From contig CM102287.1 of the NCBI GenBank assembly GCA_046563655.1, positions 6,386,001 through 6,450,000 of the forward strand: a DNA stretch of 64,000 bases, written 5' to 3'. Source of the DNA: Yuukianura sp. NJ FZ-2021. Taxonomy: Eukaryota. The position numbers and the translations under genes were made by a program. The notes beneath the pieces are model-generated. The model saw only the letters and a program-made list of their open reading frames with translations, made no database searches and was not told where the DNA came from. Shown piece by piece: positions 12,799 to 25,959 of the stretch (positions are counted from its first letter, which is position 1; the number at the start of each line of letters is the position of its first letter).

Positions 12799-15700
12799 TC
12801 AAGTTGTGCTCCTGTACATATCACAAATGACGCTTTCAATTGGAGCAGGGCCCAGGGACTTGGTGATGAACAGTTCCTGAATTGTGGCTTCACTGAGGCA
12901 CTTGAGTGGTGCTAGAAGTAGCAGCAAATTGCCGAAACGAAGAGGATCCATTGGGTAAGCCACAGCAATGTACTTGCTGAGGGTCAACTGTGCTTCATTT
13001 CTAAGGGTGCTGATTTTTACAGATTCAGAAACATGTTTGGTCGTATCTGTAGAATTTTTGAAAAGAACAAGAGCTCGCAAACAAGCGAATTCCGTTACAT
13101 CGACTTTCAGATTTCGAAATTGTTCCAAAAGTTCCTGACAGGATTTCAGTTCATTCGTCATCGCTTCACGCCTTCCGCGCTGTTTTTCGTCAGAATACAT
13201 TCCTGGACAAAGTGAAACCAAAATTTGAATTTGAAGTAAACAAATTATATTAAATTACTATAGCTTAAGTCGGAACAGCATTTACCTGTGGAATCCGAAT
13301 CGCTGTCATAGTCTGCAAGTAGTTTTGTTCCAAAATCGCTTGGAAGGCAAAACTGTGCTGCTCCAAGGATGAACAGTTCGCGCCAACTGGCTTCAATCAA
13401 AATGAGTTGATCTTTCAACGGCAGTGTCACAAATGCTTGGACGCTTTTGGCCCACTTGACATTCATACAAATCAGCCTGGCTGCAGTGTGGTAATGGGTT
13501 TCTGCCGGGGTCAAAATTGGAAATGGAAGGTTGAAGGGCAAGTGGTTTTGGTGGGGATTTGGGGAATGATGTAGCGGTGGACTGTGATTGGCCAGATTAG
13601 CTTCTCCGGAAATCTTGAAAATTCCAGATTGTCTGGAATTCTGCATTTGCTGCTGAAGAAGCTCTTGCCAGCCAAACTATGAAAGTTAGAATTTTTTAAA
13701 TTGAAATTGAAATTTATTTCGCAGGTTAATTATTCAACCGATTAAAATCATTTTTTTGAAAAATATCGAATTTAATCGTCAATCGTGTACACATTTCGTT
13801 GTGGACTTACTTTTGCGAATGGAGGAAGGCAAAAGAATGGATAACCAAATGATGGTCGAGAGAACATGCGTTCAAGCGGTGAAACTCCGTCGGAACCAGG
13901 ATGTAAATGACCCAGTCTGGAGTTGACCATAACGTCAAGTGGGGGCATGAACGCATTGTGCTGAACAGCAGAGGTCGTGGACACCCCCGGATGGGGGAAG
14001 ATGGGCAACAATGAATTTGGAACTCCGGCAGTTGACGTTGGGACTCCAGAGGGAGCTAGGTGGGGCGGAAACATTGGCGGATGGATCGGAAAAGTCGAAG
14101 TGGCTGAAGAAGGCGACCGAGGTGAATGCTTGAGCTTATGGGGAGAAGGTGGTGGAGGTGGTGTTCCGCTGGAAGAAGCGTTTGAACTTTGGTCATCTTC
14201 GGGTTCTTGGTGGGTGTGGCGGGAGAATGTGGGGCTGGTGCTGCTGGTGGGTTCGGGTGGAGAGGAAGAAGTGGATGACGTTGGCAAGAGGCCGTTCGCA
14301 GTTAGACCGTCTTTAAAATTTGAAGCAAACAGAGACATTTGACGACGAAGCGTCGAATTCCGTGGACCACGCTCATGCTGAACAGCTAAGATTTAAAGAC
14401 AAATTGAAAATTCACTTTCCAATAGATTTTTACAATGCGAAAGAAAAAAGTTCAGTATATTTTCTAGCTTATTTTGGAATTTGTTGAAAAAATTACCGTC
14501 TTTGTTCATTCCGGCTTCACTGCATTTTCTCAATCTACATGCTCTACATTGGTTTCGATGTGTTTTGTCAACTGTGCAACGGCCTTCAGTTTTAGCACGG
14601 CATACGTACTGTCGGTTTCTTCTGATTGATCGCTATTACGGTAACAACAATAAATAAAATACTTATAAAATTGGGTGCACACTTTTCGAAATTTTTAAAA
14701 AGTATAAATCACCTTGAAGAATCCCGCACAACCGTCACAAGCAAAAATTCCATAATGCTTCCCAGACGAATGATCTTGACAGACTTTACACGGGATGTCA
14801 TACAAAATCCGACCTATCAAAATAAAACACTTTTAAATTAAAAATGTTAATTCATCCTCGACTCATTATTCAATCATTTGCTGTTGTAGAGGAAGTTATG
14901 ACAAATTTTGCATTTCTTAGAAGCCGGACAACAAGAATTTGCATGAATGATACAATCATTTAATTTTCACCAAAGGTTGGGTTTCCAAATCAAACAATTA
15001 ATGGTCTCAATCATAACCTTAATCTAATTTTTAATTTCAAAATCTTGATAAATTGGTTATTTTGAATCGCAGTGCAGTACATCTTGCGGAAAATCTGCTT
15101 CCTATGGTATTGTGCCTGTTTAATATGCCTAATGCCGGAACAGAAGAAAGTGGTTAAGAGGGGTGGGTTTGTTGAATGCTAGAAAATATTTGGTAAGTTC
15201 CTGTGTGTTGCTAACACGTGCTAAATACAGTTTCCATTTCCACAACAAAAGAACAGGGCCAAGCGGAAGGCGTCAACGGTGATTACACCGCGGTTCTTCC
15301 GATTTCCAATGATCAAAACACCAAAAGTAAAGAGAAACACGAAACAAATGATTGCGGGTGGGATATGAGCTCATGAACTCCAATATTCTGAACCAAGTGA
15401 ATAGATGATCTTCAGAACCGGAAGTGTCAGAGAACCGAATCACGCAAAAATCCGGGTAATCATCCCTAATACTCCTACTTCGACCCCTCTACCTCATGAT
15501 TAGTTTTAAAAGCGGAAGTGCTAAAGGCTCATCTCCATTTTCTCATAAGGTTAGGCTCATCATCATCCCTCATTGAGAGCATCGTTTCAAAAATCAGACA
15601 TCTCTAGATGAGGAAGTGGACTTTGGAGGGGGATGATGAGATGCTGTTCCGGTATTTCCGTGTCAGATGCTTTTTTTATGATTTCAAACTCTCCCTCCCT

Positions 15701-16618
15701 TGCATGCCTAATACCCGGAAAGTGGACTCCGGAGTATCTCTGACCGAAGAGATCCATAGATCAAGTGGATCGGTGATCCATGGGGCCATATGGTTCTGCT
15801 TCCCTTGTTCCCACCCAATGAAATATGACTCAGTGACAGATCCTGGATGATAGGTGAAACGAATTACAATTTCAAAGTTTAGAGGAACTCGCTTGTTCAT
15901 CCCTAGTCGTTTTGCACCCACTTCAATTAAAAAGTAGAGTAATAACTCGTGGATGGAATTGTTTCTCATGGTTTTCACCAGTGCACTGGTAGGAGTGAAA
16001 GTATAAAGTTGCTGGATGATGAATTTGAGGATGCGTGTTTACGAATGAGGGATATGGTGAGATGATTCAAAAAAACGAGGGATGCTACCTAAAAATACCA
16101 TCAGATTCTCATGACTGCAACGTGGGAATTTTGTTTCGAAATGCAAAATAGGTGCGAATTTATCGGTAATAGTTTCTATTTTTGTGGGAAACCAACCGCC
16201 TTTAACTTTGGTTTCTTTTTAAATTACCTTGTTCTGATTGCTCTCAATAATTTAAGGTGTTAAAAATCAAATTATCTCGAAAAGTGAACTTTTTAAAATC
16301 CGGTTTCGTAAGAATTTGGTCTGTTGAATGGAGAATTCGCTCGAGAAATCCAAACTTCATTTTCTCCAAAGTATTTTCTGTTCGAGTAAAAATTATTTGT
16401 CTTAAATGGCGGCTATACATAGCAACGCCAAAATTTTTTAAAGATCTTAGAGGACTAACGTCTCGTCGTCTTCATTAAAACAGCAAGTCATGTATAATTT
16501 GAAAAGTACGAAACTAAAATCGTCCAAAAACGTAACACATTTGATGCATAATTGGAAATCTATATAATTTTAAATTCTTACTTGAACTTTGGGACACTTT
16601 CCCCAAGCGGAGATCCAT
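12799..16618 (-). CDS. tll: Nuclear receptor tailless (NR2E1/2), about 547 aa
   Basis: Exons 16618-16582, 14813-14713, 14632-14497, 14385-13811, 13676-13286 and 13202-12799, all GT-AG, total 1644 nt. [99 protein letters not shown], with the tll-type P-box [39 protein letters not shown] ... [11 protein letters not shown]. Exon 1 is the least certain. Confidence 0.96.
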
Positions 16619-19600
16619 ATTTTTTCTTCCGCGAATTAAGATTCCGAACTATCTTCGAAATTGATTAACAGAAGTGGAGAAGTGGAAAAATGTTTTCAAA
16701 TTTTTCGTCTGAATCAACGTTTGAGAAAGTCAACTTTCACCATTGGCACAAATGCAACTCTACTTTGTCAAAATAAATTTTCCTCGTGACCTGAAGGGAC
16801 TCGGGACTTGACCTGACTGATTCGGCTGATCCGAAGGACTGACTGCATTTTTAATCCTCTCCTTGATTTTTGACAATAACAAACAAAAGGACTCCAATGT
16901 GGTCGGCCAGAACCAAAAGTAGCAAGGCATTTTCACTCGCCCTGCTCCTGTTTGCTTTGGGTCCATTTCATAAGGGCCCAGGCCCTTCGCAGGGTTGTCA
17001 AATACCCACTCCCCATCTGCCTGCACATACACAACCGATTATTTCTGCCAGTACGGCTTACCACGGACTCAATGATAAGCTTAAGGTTAACTAAAATAGC
17101 AAGTGACTAGAACTACCTCAATTAATTATAATCAAATCAGAATGAAATTTTATAAGTTAAAGTGGTAAATTGCGTCTTGAATTAGTCTTAGCGCTTGTGT
17201 ACAAAATCTTCTATGCGTTTCTATATGAAATAATTTCATTCGCTTGTTGCATGATAAATTTCGGACAATTCGAAACTTAAATCTTCATTGTCGAAAGTAG
17301 CCAGGTTTGGATGCCGATAACGTTAAACTTGGAATTCTCACTTGACTAAAGTTAAATCCACTTTGAAGTTAGTACTTTGTCGGTTTTACGCGGTTTATGT
17401 TTAAGTTAGTTCTAAGGTATCATCATAAGCAATAGAGATTTGTTGATTTGTAAAGGGTCCCCATTGCTTCATCCCGTTGCGTAGGGCTGGGCTTTGGAAG
17501 TGGGAAGGCTTCGGAGTCGTGAATTAGTAGCTGTGGACCCTTATAGAACAGATGCCAAGGGCCCCATTGGTCGGAGGCAGCGGAGACTTTGGAATTGAAA
17601 TCAAATCTCCAAGTCCCTTCCTCCATTCATCTCAAACGTCATCAAGTCCCCGGGACGCAGTAATCCCCGTATTGTTTGATTGCCTTTTTTCCACAAACCC
17701 AGGCGACAGGGCCCCCTGCCCCCTTCAGGTTGCATCTCTCGACAAATTGCCCTCTATTCACCACATCACAAATCCAAGGATCCCTGGGTGCCTTTTCACT
17801 CTGCTCTCAAAAAGTCTCTTTTCCAAACTGGACCACAGAATTCAATTTCATCAAATAACTTTATGCCTGATTCCTAATTTTTTAAAAAGAAATATTTTAG
17901 AACACAGTTTCAAAATCAGTGAAATTCGAAAAATCAAACGAGCGCTAACGAAACATTTGCTTTCTGTTCTTAGACACTTCCACGCTGACACACGATCTTA
18001 TTTTTTTCAATGCTGGTTGACATTTCTGCAGCATTTTTGACATCTTTTCAACAATTTTTACTGGTCTATTGTTTCCCCCAAAAGTGAGCAACTCAGAGTT
18101 CAACTGGGCCCTTTTGAATGACATGAATATGAGATTCTGGTCCCACTTTGTCATTTTTCTGTTTCCAGAGAATAAAATCCAAATCCGAGAAATTTGAGCC
18201 ACTTTCTTTTCATTAAATGGAATTTTCAGAATACAATGGAGGAGGAAAGAAAGGCCAAAAAATTTGACCCGAGTCGTGACCTTCGCTTCCTAACTTTGAG
18301 TTTTACCGCACAACATTTTTGTCTAAAATTTCAAAAAAAAAATCGCTAAAGCAATCAGTTCAGCTAATTGCAAACTTAAATGACGTTGAAATCGAAGAAA
18401 GTAATCTGAAAGTCAAAGACTTTTTCCCGCAATTTTAATTTTATTATTTTTTGAAAGGTCTAAAATCAAAGCTTTTTAGCAAAAACGGGTTTAAGGAATA
18501 TTGGAAATCCGTTTTCTTAGTCGAAAAATCAATTTTTGAAAAAGTTGTTGATTCCAAATGTTTTGTTGAAAGTATTACCGCTGTCCCTTAAGGGTTCCTT
18601 TGATCTCCGCTTCCTAATCCAGGAATTTTGAAAAGTCCATTTTGTTTTGCTGCTTGTTTGAAGCCTTAGTACAGTTAGGATAAGTTTAAGGGCCCAGCTT
18701 TCCCTTTCTCTTTGGTAAATAAGTGTCCTGGGATAATGGAGGAGCAAAGGTGAGAACAGAGGCCCTTAATAGACTTCGGAGGACTTTGGCACATGAGAAA
18801 TAAAGACGAAGACGTTAGGAGAACAATGGGATTTGCCTTGGACTTCTTGTTGGTTTTTGGCGATGAAGGGAAGGGAGACAAATGATGTGTGAAATGGGAG
18901 TCCTCAAGGGAGATGGGCCCTTGGCAATTGTTCAAATTGGAATTAATCCCTCCTGTGCCCACTTCAACAAAAACATCACCTTAGTAGCTTCAGAGGCAGT
19001 TCAATTCAAAACCTTACTCTCGGAACTTTAAGTCCAAAGACTTCTTCAAAATTTCCAAGTTTTTCCAAAATTTTTGAGTTTCTGCAAGATGCGTCTTTGA
19101 CGATAGCATCTACCTCCGTCAAAAAGCTGTCCGTCAAATCCTCAAAACGAATAATACAAAATACAAAATACTTCTGTCTCGGTCATCGGTTTTCGTCTGT
19201 CTCATTTGACCGCTTCTCTTGTTCTTCTTCAGCACTCCAAGTACCCCCGGGACCCTTAAGGTAGGTTTTTGAAAGTAAAGGTTTGCTTGGGTTAGGTTAG
19301 CTTTGAAGTTCTCATTAGACCAAATTAATGTCAAAGGGGTTCTTGGGGGGTACTTGAGGGTCCTGGAACTTGGACAAATTCGTCCTAATTTTTGACTGAA
19401 TAGAATCTGTGAAAAGTTGGGGGCGGTGAGGTCACAATCTACGAAATCTCATTGGCCCTTGAGTGTCGTTTTGTTAAGGTAACCGGAGATATTGTTAGGT
19501 TAACATTGCCTTGGATAAAAGAACTTCCTCCGACTTCTACATCTTAGCGTCTTCATCCGCTCTTTTGATTGCCAAGAAAATCTCAGATGACGATTTCTTT

Positions 19601-22600
19601 TCTTCTGAGATTTTAAAAAAATCTCAATTTTAAAAAATCCTGTTTCTTTTTATGTCGATTTGATTATTCTATTGTTCAGAAGAGATGCCTCCTACGCACT
19701 TAACAACCTCCGTGAGAATGTCTTAAAGGAACATCTCACACTCTCCTAAAGGTTCAAGATCAAATTTCGAAATTTTCAATTGAATTTTATGAAACTTCAA
19801 AATGTTACCAAAAGAACTAAAAAATTGAAATGCTGATTTGTATCACCTACCTGTTCTCGTTTCTAATGGGTGCCTGTAATTTAAGAAACTCTTCCTGTTG
19901 TATTGTTCGATGAAAAATGTTGAGTTTACTGATAGAAATTGAATGAACTTGCCGAATGTGGATTAAATTTCTCGTAAAATTTAACAAGTTCAAAGTCGGA
20001 AATTTTTTTAGCAAGTTTCGGTTCCCTTCATTTTTTGAAACCATTAGGTTATCGCTGGAATGGGGTTCGAAAATTCAAATTCAAAATCACTCTTTCAATC
20101 TTTGCTTGTTTGCTTTATAAAATCGAGAAATCGAATCCAATCAATCTTCACTTTTTAAACTACAGTCTAATTTCTATGCTTATGTTTTTTAACTTCGTCA
20201 TTTTTTAAGAATGAAACTTTAAATATGTTCCAAAATTGAACCATGCAGCAAAAAATGTTAAAATCTAAGCAATGGTTTAATTTACATTCGTTCTTATGGG
20301 CTGAAAACTAGGAATCGCTTTGTCGAGTTAAAATTGTATGTTCTATTATTTGTAAACCAGAAGGTGAAACCGAGGTAAAAGTGACGCTCTGGAAATGGTC
20401 GGTTAGTTTAGATTTAGAAGAAGGTAGTTCCCAAGTTGTATTGAAATGCCCACAATGTAAACAGTGTCATTTAATAGACTAGTGAGACACTTGAAGTCTC
20501 TTTCGGCCAGGGAAGGGGGTCCTTCAAGTGTCCATTATTGGGGGCCTAGATGAAAATGAAGTCCAAACAGTTCTCACCCCACGTGAATGGGTTTGCTACA
20601 TAATGGTTTTGTGGAGTGACTGTTGTGAATGTCGCCCTCAAGTCGTCAGAGTCGTCTTCCCATGATTTCTGCTTGTGGTTCCATTGCTGGTGCTCTCAAA
20701 TCAGCACTAGTGTGTCCCCTTTTCAATTGAAACTCTAAACTGAAAATTACAAAATGAATTGAACCGACTCTTGAATCCTCTGTATTCTCCTGTATATTTA
20801 GGACTTCAACTTGACAGTTCTTTTTACACTTTCCAATTCAATTCTTCGAAAAAAGGTTTGAGGCTGCTAGGCTTCCAATAATAAAAGAGAACGCGAGTTG
20901 CGAAAGGCGTAAAAATTTGAAGTGCGTTTTCAGTCTACAAAAAATCAAATTAATTGTTAGTTGGTGTGAATTTGGATGTTGAAGGACAAACGATTAATCC
21001 ACAATAAATTTGAGTAGCTTCATGCAAGATTCAAAAATTTAGACTTTTTATGATTTCTTCACATTTTTCTGCGTTTTCATTGAAATTTTAGCGTCATAAA
21101 CAAGATTTCCAGTTTTGGGTTCTCTTGAAATGGGTTTTACACAGTTGACATTGAAATGAAGCAGATATTGACATCTACTAATACAAAGTTTTCGAAAATT
21201 GTATTAACTTTCGAATCGGACAAATTTTTAACAGTATTTTAGGTGTGTATGACCTTTTGTTAAAGATAATTCTCCTCCCAATCCATATTTTGCACTGGAA
21301 ATTATTTCATTTTCATTTCAACTTCATAATTTTGAAAATTTTCGCCTTCTATTTAATTTGTGGTTGACTAAGCAAGTAGAATTGAGGGATTTTGAAGTGG
21401 ACTGGTGTTGAGGGTGAGTGGTTTACATAAATTAAAAAATTGTAAAATTTTGGTCCATATAATTCGTATTCTATTTGTATTGTTGTGCTGGGGTGGACGT
21501 GTGGCTGGGTTGGATCCAAAACAGCCCACAAATCATATTCATAATTACACTCTATGCCGAATAATTTACCCCTTTGAGGGTTAACAATACCCGCACCCAC
21601 AGCCAAAATAGTAGCCACAAAGGTAAGGGCCTCACTTTCTCCATTGTTGGTCCAACGTTAACCAACGTACACAGTTTCCTCATTGTTAGGCCCTCCGTTC
21701 CTTATTGTCGATTACTTCATCATGGGATTTTAATCGCCTGGTTTAATTCACACAATCAAATGACAGCCAATTCAACAACCCATAATTTATTTCCCACTCC
21801 CTTCTGTCCATGTCCAAGCTCCAACAAATGACACGCTGCTTCTCTCAATTTAAAACCAATTCAAAAACCAATACTTCCAAAATTCCAAATTTATAAATCG
21901 TGTAGTTTTACAAATTCCAAATTCAAAAATTCCATGCTTGTACTTGGACGTTGTAAAAGTTGCATTCTGTTAAAGTGAAAGTAAGTGAAAGTGCCAGCGT
22001 TGCAAAAAGTATCGCGCATCATAACCTTCACAACATTATGAGAAACGGGCAGGTAGAAAAATCCATGCCATTAAACGGCAGCGAAGTGTTACATTATAAT
22101 AAGTTCGTTGTGTTCCTGCGTATTTCTGAATCTTGGACGCTTAAGCATTCTGGTCAAACGCTAATGGAAGTTTGGTTAGGTTAGGCTAAAAACAAGGTTA
22201 AGGGTCACAGAATTAGTGTGGGGTGCCCAAGAAGGCAGGGTGAATGGACAACAATGGGGCAGAAGATGATGTTTGATTGTTGTGATGCAGTGATCCGTGT
22301 GAGATTGAGTCCAAATAAGCCCTGCCTTTTAGTCTGACTCACTGACTCCCTTCAGTCCTCCCGAAGTCCCAGTCGCTCCGATCAACAAAGATGGAGTAAC
22401 AAAGAAGCAGCTTTCTGCTTCTTGATTCTTACCTTGAAGCACCCCGCCCCACCCCCGTCTGAGCCCTTGTATGCATAATGGAAGGCTAATGGGACAAGGG
22501 TGCACCTAGGCTAACAATGCCTCCGTTAGCTCTCAGGGCCCCTTTTGACCCACCGAGGGGGACTTCATCATGAGGTCTATTAGTCAGTCAGTCATGTCAC

Positions 22601-23867
22601 GTCCAGGGATTTCACCTTTTGTCGGAGATTCCCACTTCACGTTAGCATCCCGGCCCATTTCAAACTTTGGTTCAACTTCAGCTCACTTTCCGAAAAACAG
22701 GAAGCGTCCCCTTCAAATTCAATGAACTCAACTCTCAAAATTTCTGAAAAGTTGAAACCTGAAACTGCGAAAATTTTTTGATTTAACTATGCTTGCTATC
22801 GAGCAAAATCTATACGAAATATCATAAGAAACAGACAAGAAACTTTGTTTAGAGAAATCGATCAAGCTGAAGTAAAAGCTAGTGTAATTTAATTTGAAAT
22901 TGGTCGTATTAGCACTCCGACGGTGACCTTTGACCTCTGTATTTTGTTTGAAGGGGTTGACCTAAGCTGACTGGCGATGAATGACTCTGTACTAAACTTG
23001 ATTTTGTGATGCCGAAAGACAAGGCCCCTTGAAGGGTTCCAAGAACAAATGGAAGTTGAAAGCTGCTGGTGAATGGATCTTTTATTTCTGGACAGATTCA
23101 GCTTCCCATTGATTTCTGAATTGTGATGAATCTGTGAATGGAACTAGGAACAATGGGATGCGTTCCTTTGCTTATCTTCGGAATCATCTTCAGCCCTGGA
23201 TTCAGTGCTCAGTGGTCCATGGGAAGGTAAAAGCCTGAAAGCTATCACTTTTCACAAGCACAGGGAGCATTCAACTTCGCAACGACACACATCCACTTAA
23301 CTCCGGCAATTGAGACAGGCATCAACGAGTCTTCCTTTGACATCAAACAATTGACAACTTTTTTAAATCTTACCTCCAGGCACATTCCCATGAAATAAGG
23401 CCGTATCGTAAACTTTAACAACGTAGAAGCAGTCCCGTTTTATCCATTAAAATGTCCTCATGCCCTGGTGAATGACTTGAAACCGTACATTTCTAAGAAT
23501 CAAATTATGGCAACATAAACTTTTCGCTAAGTTTTGATTAGCCAGGTTGGCGACATATGCCGTCACTGAATTTTGCAACCAGTTAAATGTAAAAAAGCTG
23601 TAAATCTGTCGAGAAATTGCAAAATTTGATTATTCTTGTAAAGGAGGACACGGAATTTAATTTGGACAACAAAATTCACGGATCTCAGAGATTTCGACAG
23701 CACATGGATTTAGATCATCGAAGCAGTGTCATAGTGCCAACTCTAGGGCACCTTTGATACAACATACATCTTAAGATCAAAATACATCACCTTAAGCTGA
23801 ACAGTTTTAACCTTTTAGTTTGCTTTCATTTCCCAAAATTTACATCAGTTTCGAAATCATTCAGAAA

Positions 23868-24425
23868 ATGAAGCAGTTTCAAAAATTCAGTTCTGCATCA
23901 AAGACGGCCACGGCAATAGCTTCAATCATTTGCATCTCAATTGCAGTTTGCTCTGCATTTCCTGAAATGCAGTACATGAAATCATCAACCGGAAACCGAA
24001 ATCAGGCCAGAATTGATCAAGACATTGCCAGAGGAGACATGTGGAACTCAGGGGGCAAAGGCGGGATTGACCTCATTGACCCCTTCTCGGTTCTCGGAAT
24101 CCTGTCATTTGGAACATTTCTTCTTACGGTACTTTATCACAGCTACAAAGCGAAAAATGGAAACAATAAGATGATATCGGATCCAGCAGAAGTTGATCCA
24201 GCGACAGGCCAAAAATTGGCGTCTTTAAAACCCGACACCATTGAAAAAATCCTTATCGCAACACAAAAACTCATAAAAGATTCTGCGTCAGAGCTCAAGC
24301 GTCCGAATCATTCGTCAGAAAATTCAACGGCCACGCCCTACGACTACGACTACCTTGACTTCGAAAGACGAAATTTAAAACACCAGAACAAAAAAGGCGG
24401 GAAGACGAAGACGCAGCAGGCATAA
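23868..24425 (+). CDS. Uncharacterised 185-aa protein with signal peptide and one internal hydrophobic (TM-like) segment
   Basis: ATG at 23868 in an AAAATG context. Signal-like ATAIASIICISIAVCSA, second hydrophobic stretch PFSVLGILSFGTFLLTVLY, basic C-terminus. Intronless 558-nt ORF in an AT-rich background. Confidence 0.7.
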   Translation: MKQFQKFSSASKTATAIASIICISIAVCSAFPEMQYMKSSTGNRNQARIDQDIARGDMWNSGGKGGIDLIDPFSVLGILSFGTFLLTVLYHSYKAKNGNNKMISDPAEVDPATGQKLASLKPDTIEKILIATQKLIKDSASELKRPNHSSENSTATPYDYDYLDFERRNLKHQNKKGGKTKTQQA

Positions 24426-25067
24426 AATTGATTTTGCAATTTGTTTTTCATAAAATATGTCTAGCATTACGAATTTTGATTTCGAATTGATTAAATGATT
24501 ATGCAAAAGTAGCATGAGTTGAATTTCTTGCAATTTTTATCCATTTGCATTGATTAGCATCATTGAATCTTGAGTGTATCCTTGCGAATCCATGCGACAA
24601 AGCATCTTTTGAAAATCCGCGCCATTGTTTCAGGGGACAATGTAAAGCATTTCCGGTTATCCAATTGACGTCTTTTTTAAATGATATTCTCAAATTCACA
24701 TTGCATTTGCAAATAGCAAGTTGCGACTAAAGTTGACGCCAAGTTTAGCTACCCATAACATGTTGTGACGAATTGATTCATTAAAATATCCTGGGGCGTG
24801 GAGACATTGTTGGAAGATGAAGTTACATTCTGATATGGTCTTGAAGGTCATGCGGTCAGGAAGAAATCGGAACTATAAATCAAGTATAGCCCAGCAGCAA
24901 GGTCATTCCGCCTCTATGGAAATGTTTTCCTCAATAGATCGTCCAGACCTTAGTCCATTTTTTGTGAGATGATCATGAGGAAGCATCTTCCTATACATAA
25001 CTGTAACAATGGGAATTAGTAGAATGCCAAGATTAATAAAATGCCAAGATCAATTATCCAAGTCAAG

Positions 25068-25105
25068 TATAAAAGGACAACTTAGCTGTAGGACAGACGT
25101 CACTT
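25068..25105 (+). promoter_or_regulatory. TATA box plus Inr-like core promoter of the Cpr100A-like gene
   Basis: TATAAAAG at 25068-25075 and TCACTT at 25100-25105, about 40 nt before the ATG at 25140. Confidence 0.6.
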
Positions 25106-25139
25106 TCTGGTTCCAAAACTTCGTTGCAGACGTAACAAC

Positions 25140-25959
25140 ATGAAGACGTTTTTGGTAAAATAATTCTTCAGTAAATTCAAATTTTGATCAAATCAATCCT
25201 AAATTTTGAATTAATTGTTGCAGGTAATTCTGGGATGCTTGGTTATTGCACAAGCGCAAGACTACCGAGTCAGAGATTCCAAGAATGCAAAAATCCTGCA
25301 GGAAGCCAGGTATCTCCAGGGCGGAAACCACGGTGCGGCGTATTTGCAAGATGATGGAACCGAATTCAAGGAGGAGACGGATGCTGATGGAACACGGAAA
25401 GGATCATACAGCTATATTGACGATACTGGCAAGAAAATCACTGTTCAATACACTGCAGGTTAGTTAGATCTGATAAAGTGCAATTGGATTTCGAAAAAAG
25501 TGTTAAAATTTTCGAACTTGTCAATAGCAAATAATGAAAATTGATTTGGATTTAGGCAAAAACGGTTTCATGGTAAGCGGTGACCACTTACCGAAAGCTC
25601 CGGAACCACTACCAGTGGCGCCTCAACAACCGACGTACCAATCACAACCTCAAAACCAGTACAACCCAGTTCCGCACTACAATGCCATTCCGACGCCACA
25701 AGCAAATCAATTTTCATACAGTTCTCCTGCGCAGCGGACACAATTTCCGCAACAGCAACAGCAATTTGCAGCGTCTTTTGACCCGTACCGTAACGATATT
25801 GGAAACAATGCATTTGGAGGATTGTCTCCCGCAACCAATTTTCCAGGTCAATTCCAGCAACCCCAAATTCCAACACAATCTCCGCGACATTTCGCACCAG
25901 GAAAGCTTAACTTAAATCGAACACCAGACGGATTCCAATACTCTTTCTCGTCAAGCTAA
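25140..25959 (+). CDS. Cpr100A: Cuticular protein with R&R consensus, Cpr100A-like, 217 aa
   Basis: Exons 25140-25154 (MKTFL), 25224-25458 and 25556-25959. Sequence AKILQEARYLQGGNHGAAYLQDDGTEFKEETDADGTRKGSYSYIDDTGKKITVQYTAGKNGFMVSGDHLPKAP, with C-terminus RHFAPGKLNLNRTPDGFQYSFSSS. The symbol rests on recalled similarity to Drosophila Cpr100A. Confidence 0.9.

Noticed and set aside
13977..14342. 121-aa Gly/Glu-rich ORF on the + strand
   Set aside because: Antisense shadow of the Pro/Ser-rich hinge exon of tll.
17552..18040. 162-aa ORF divergent from tll
   Set aside because: Runs from a GC island into AT-rich spacer with no coherent composition or homology; probably spurious.
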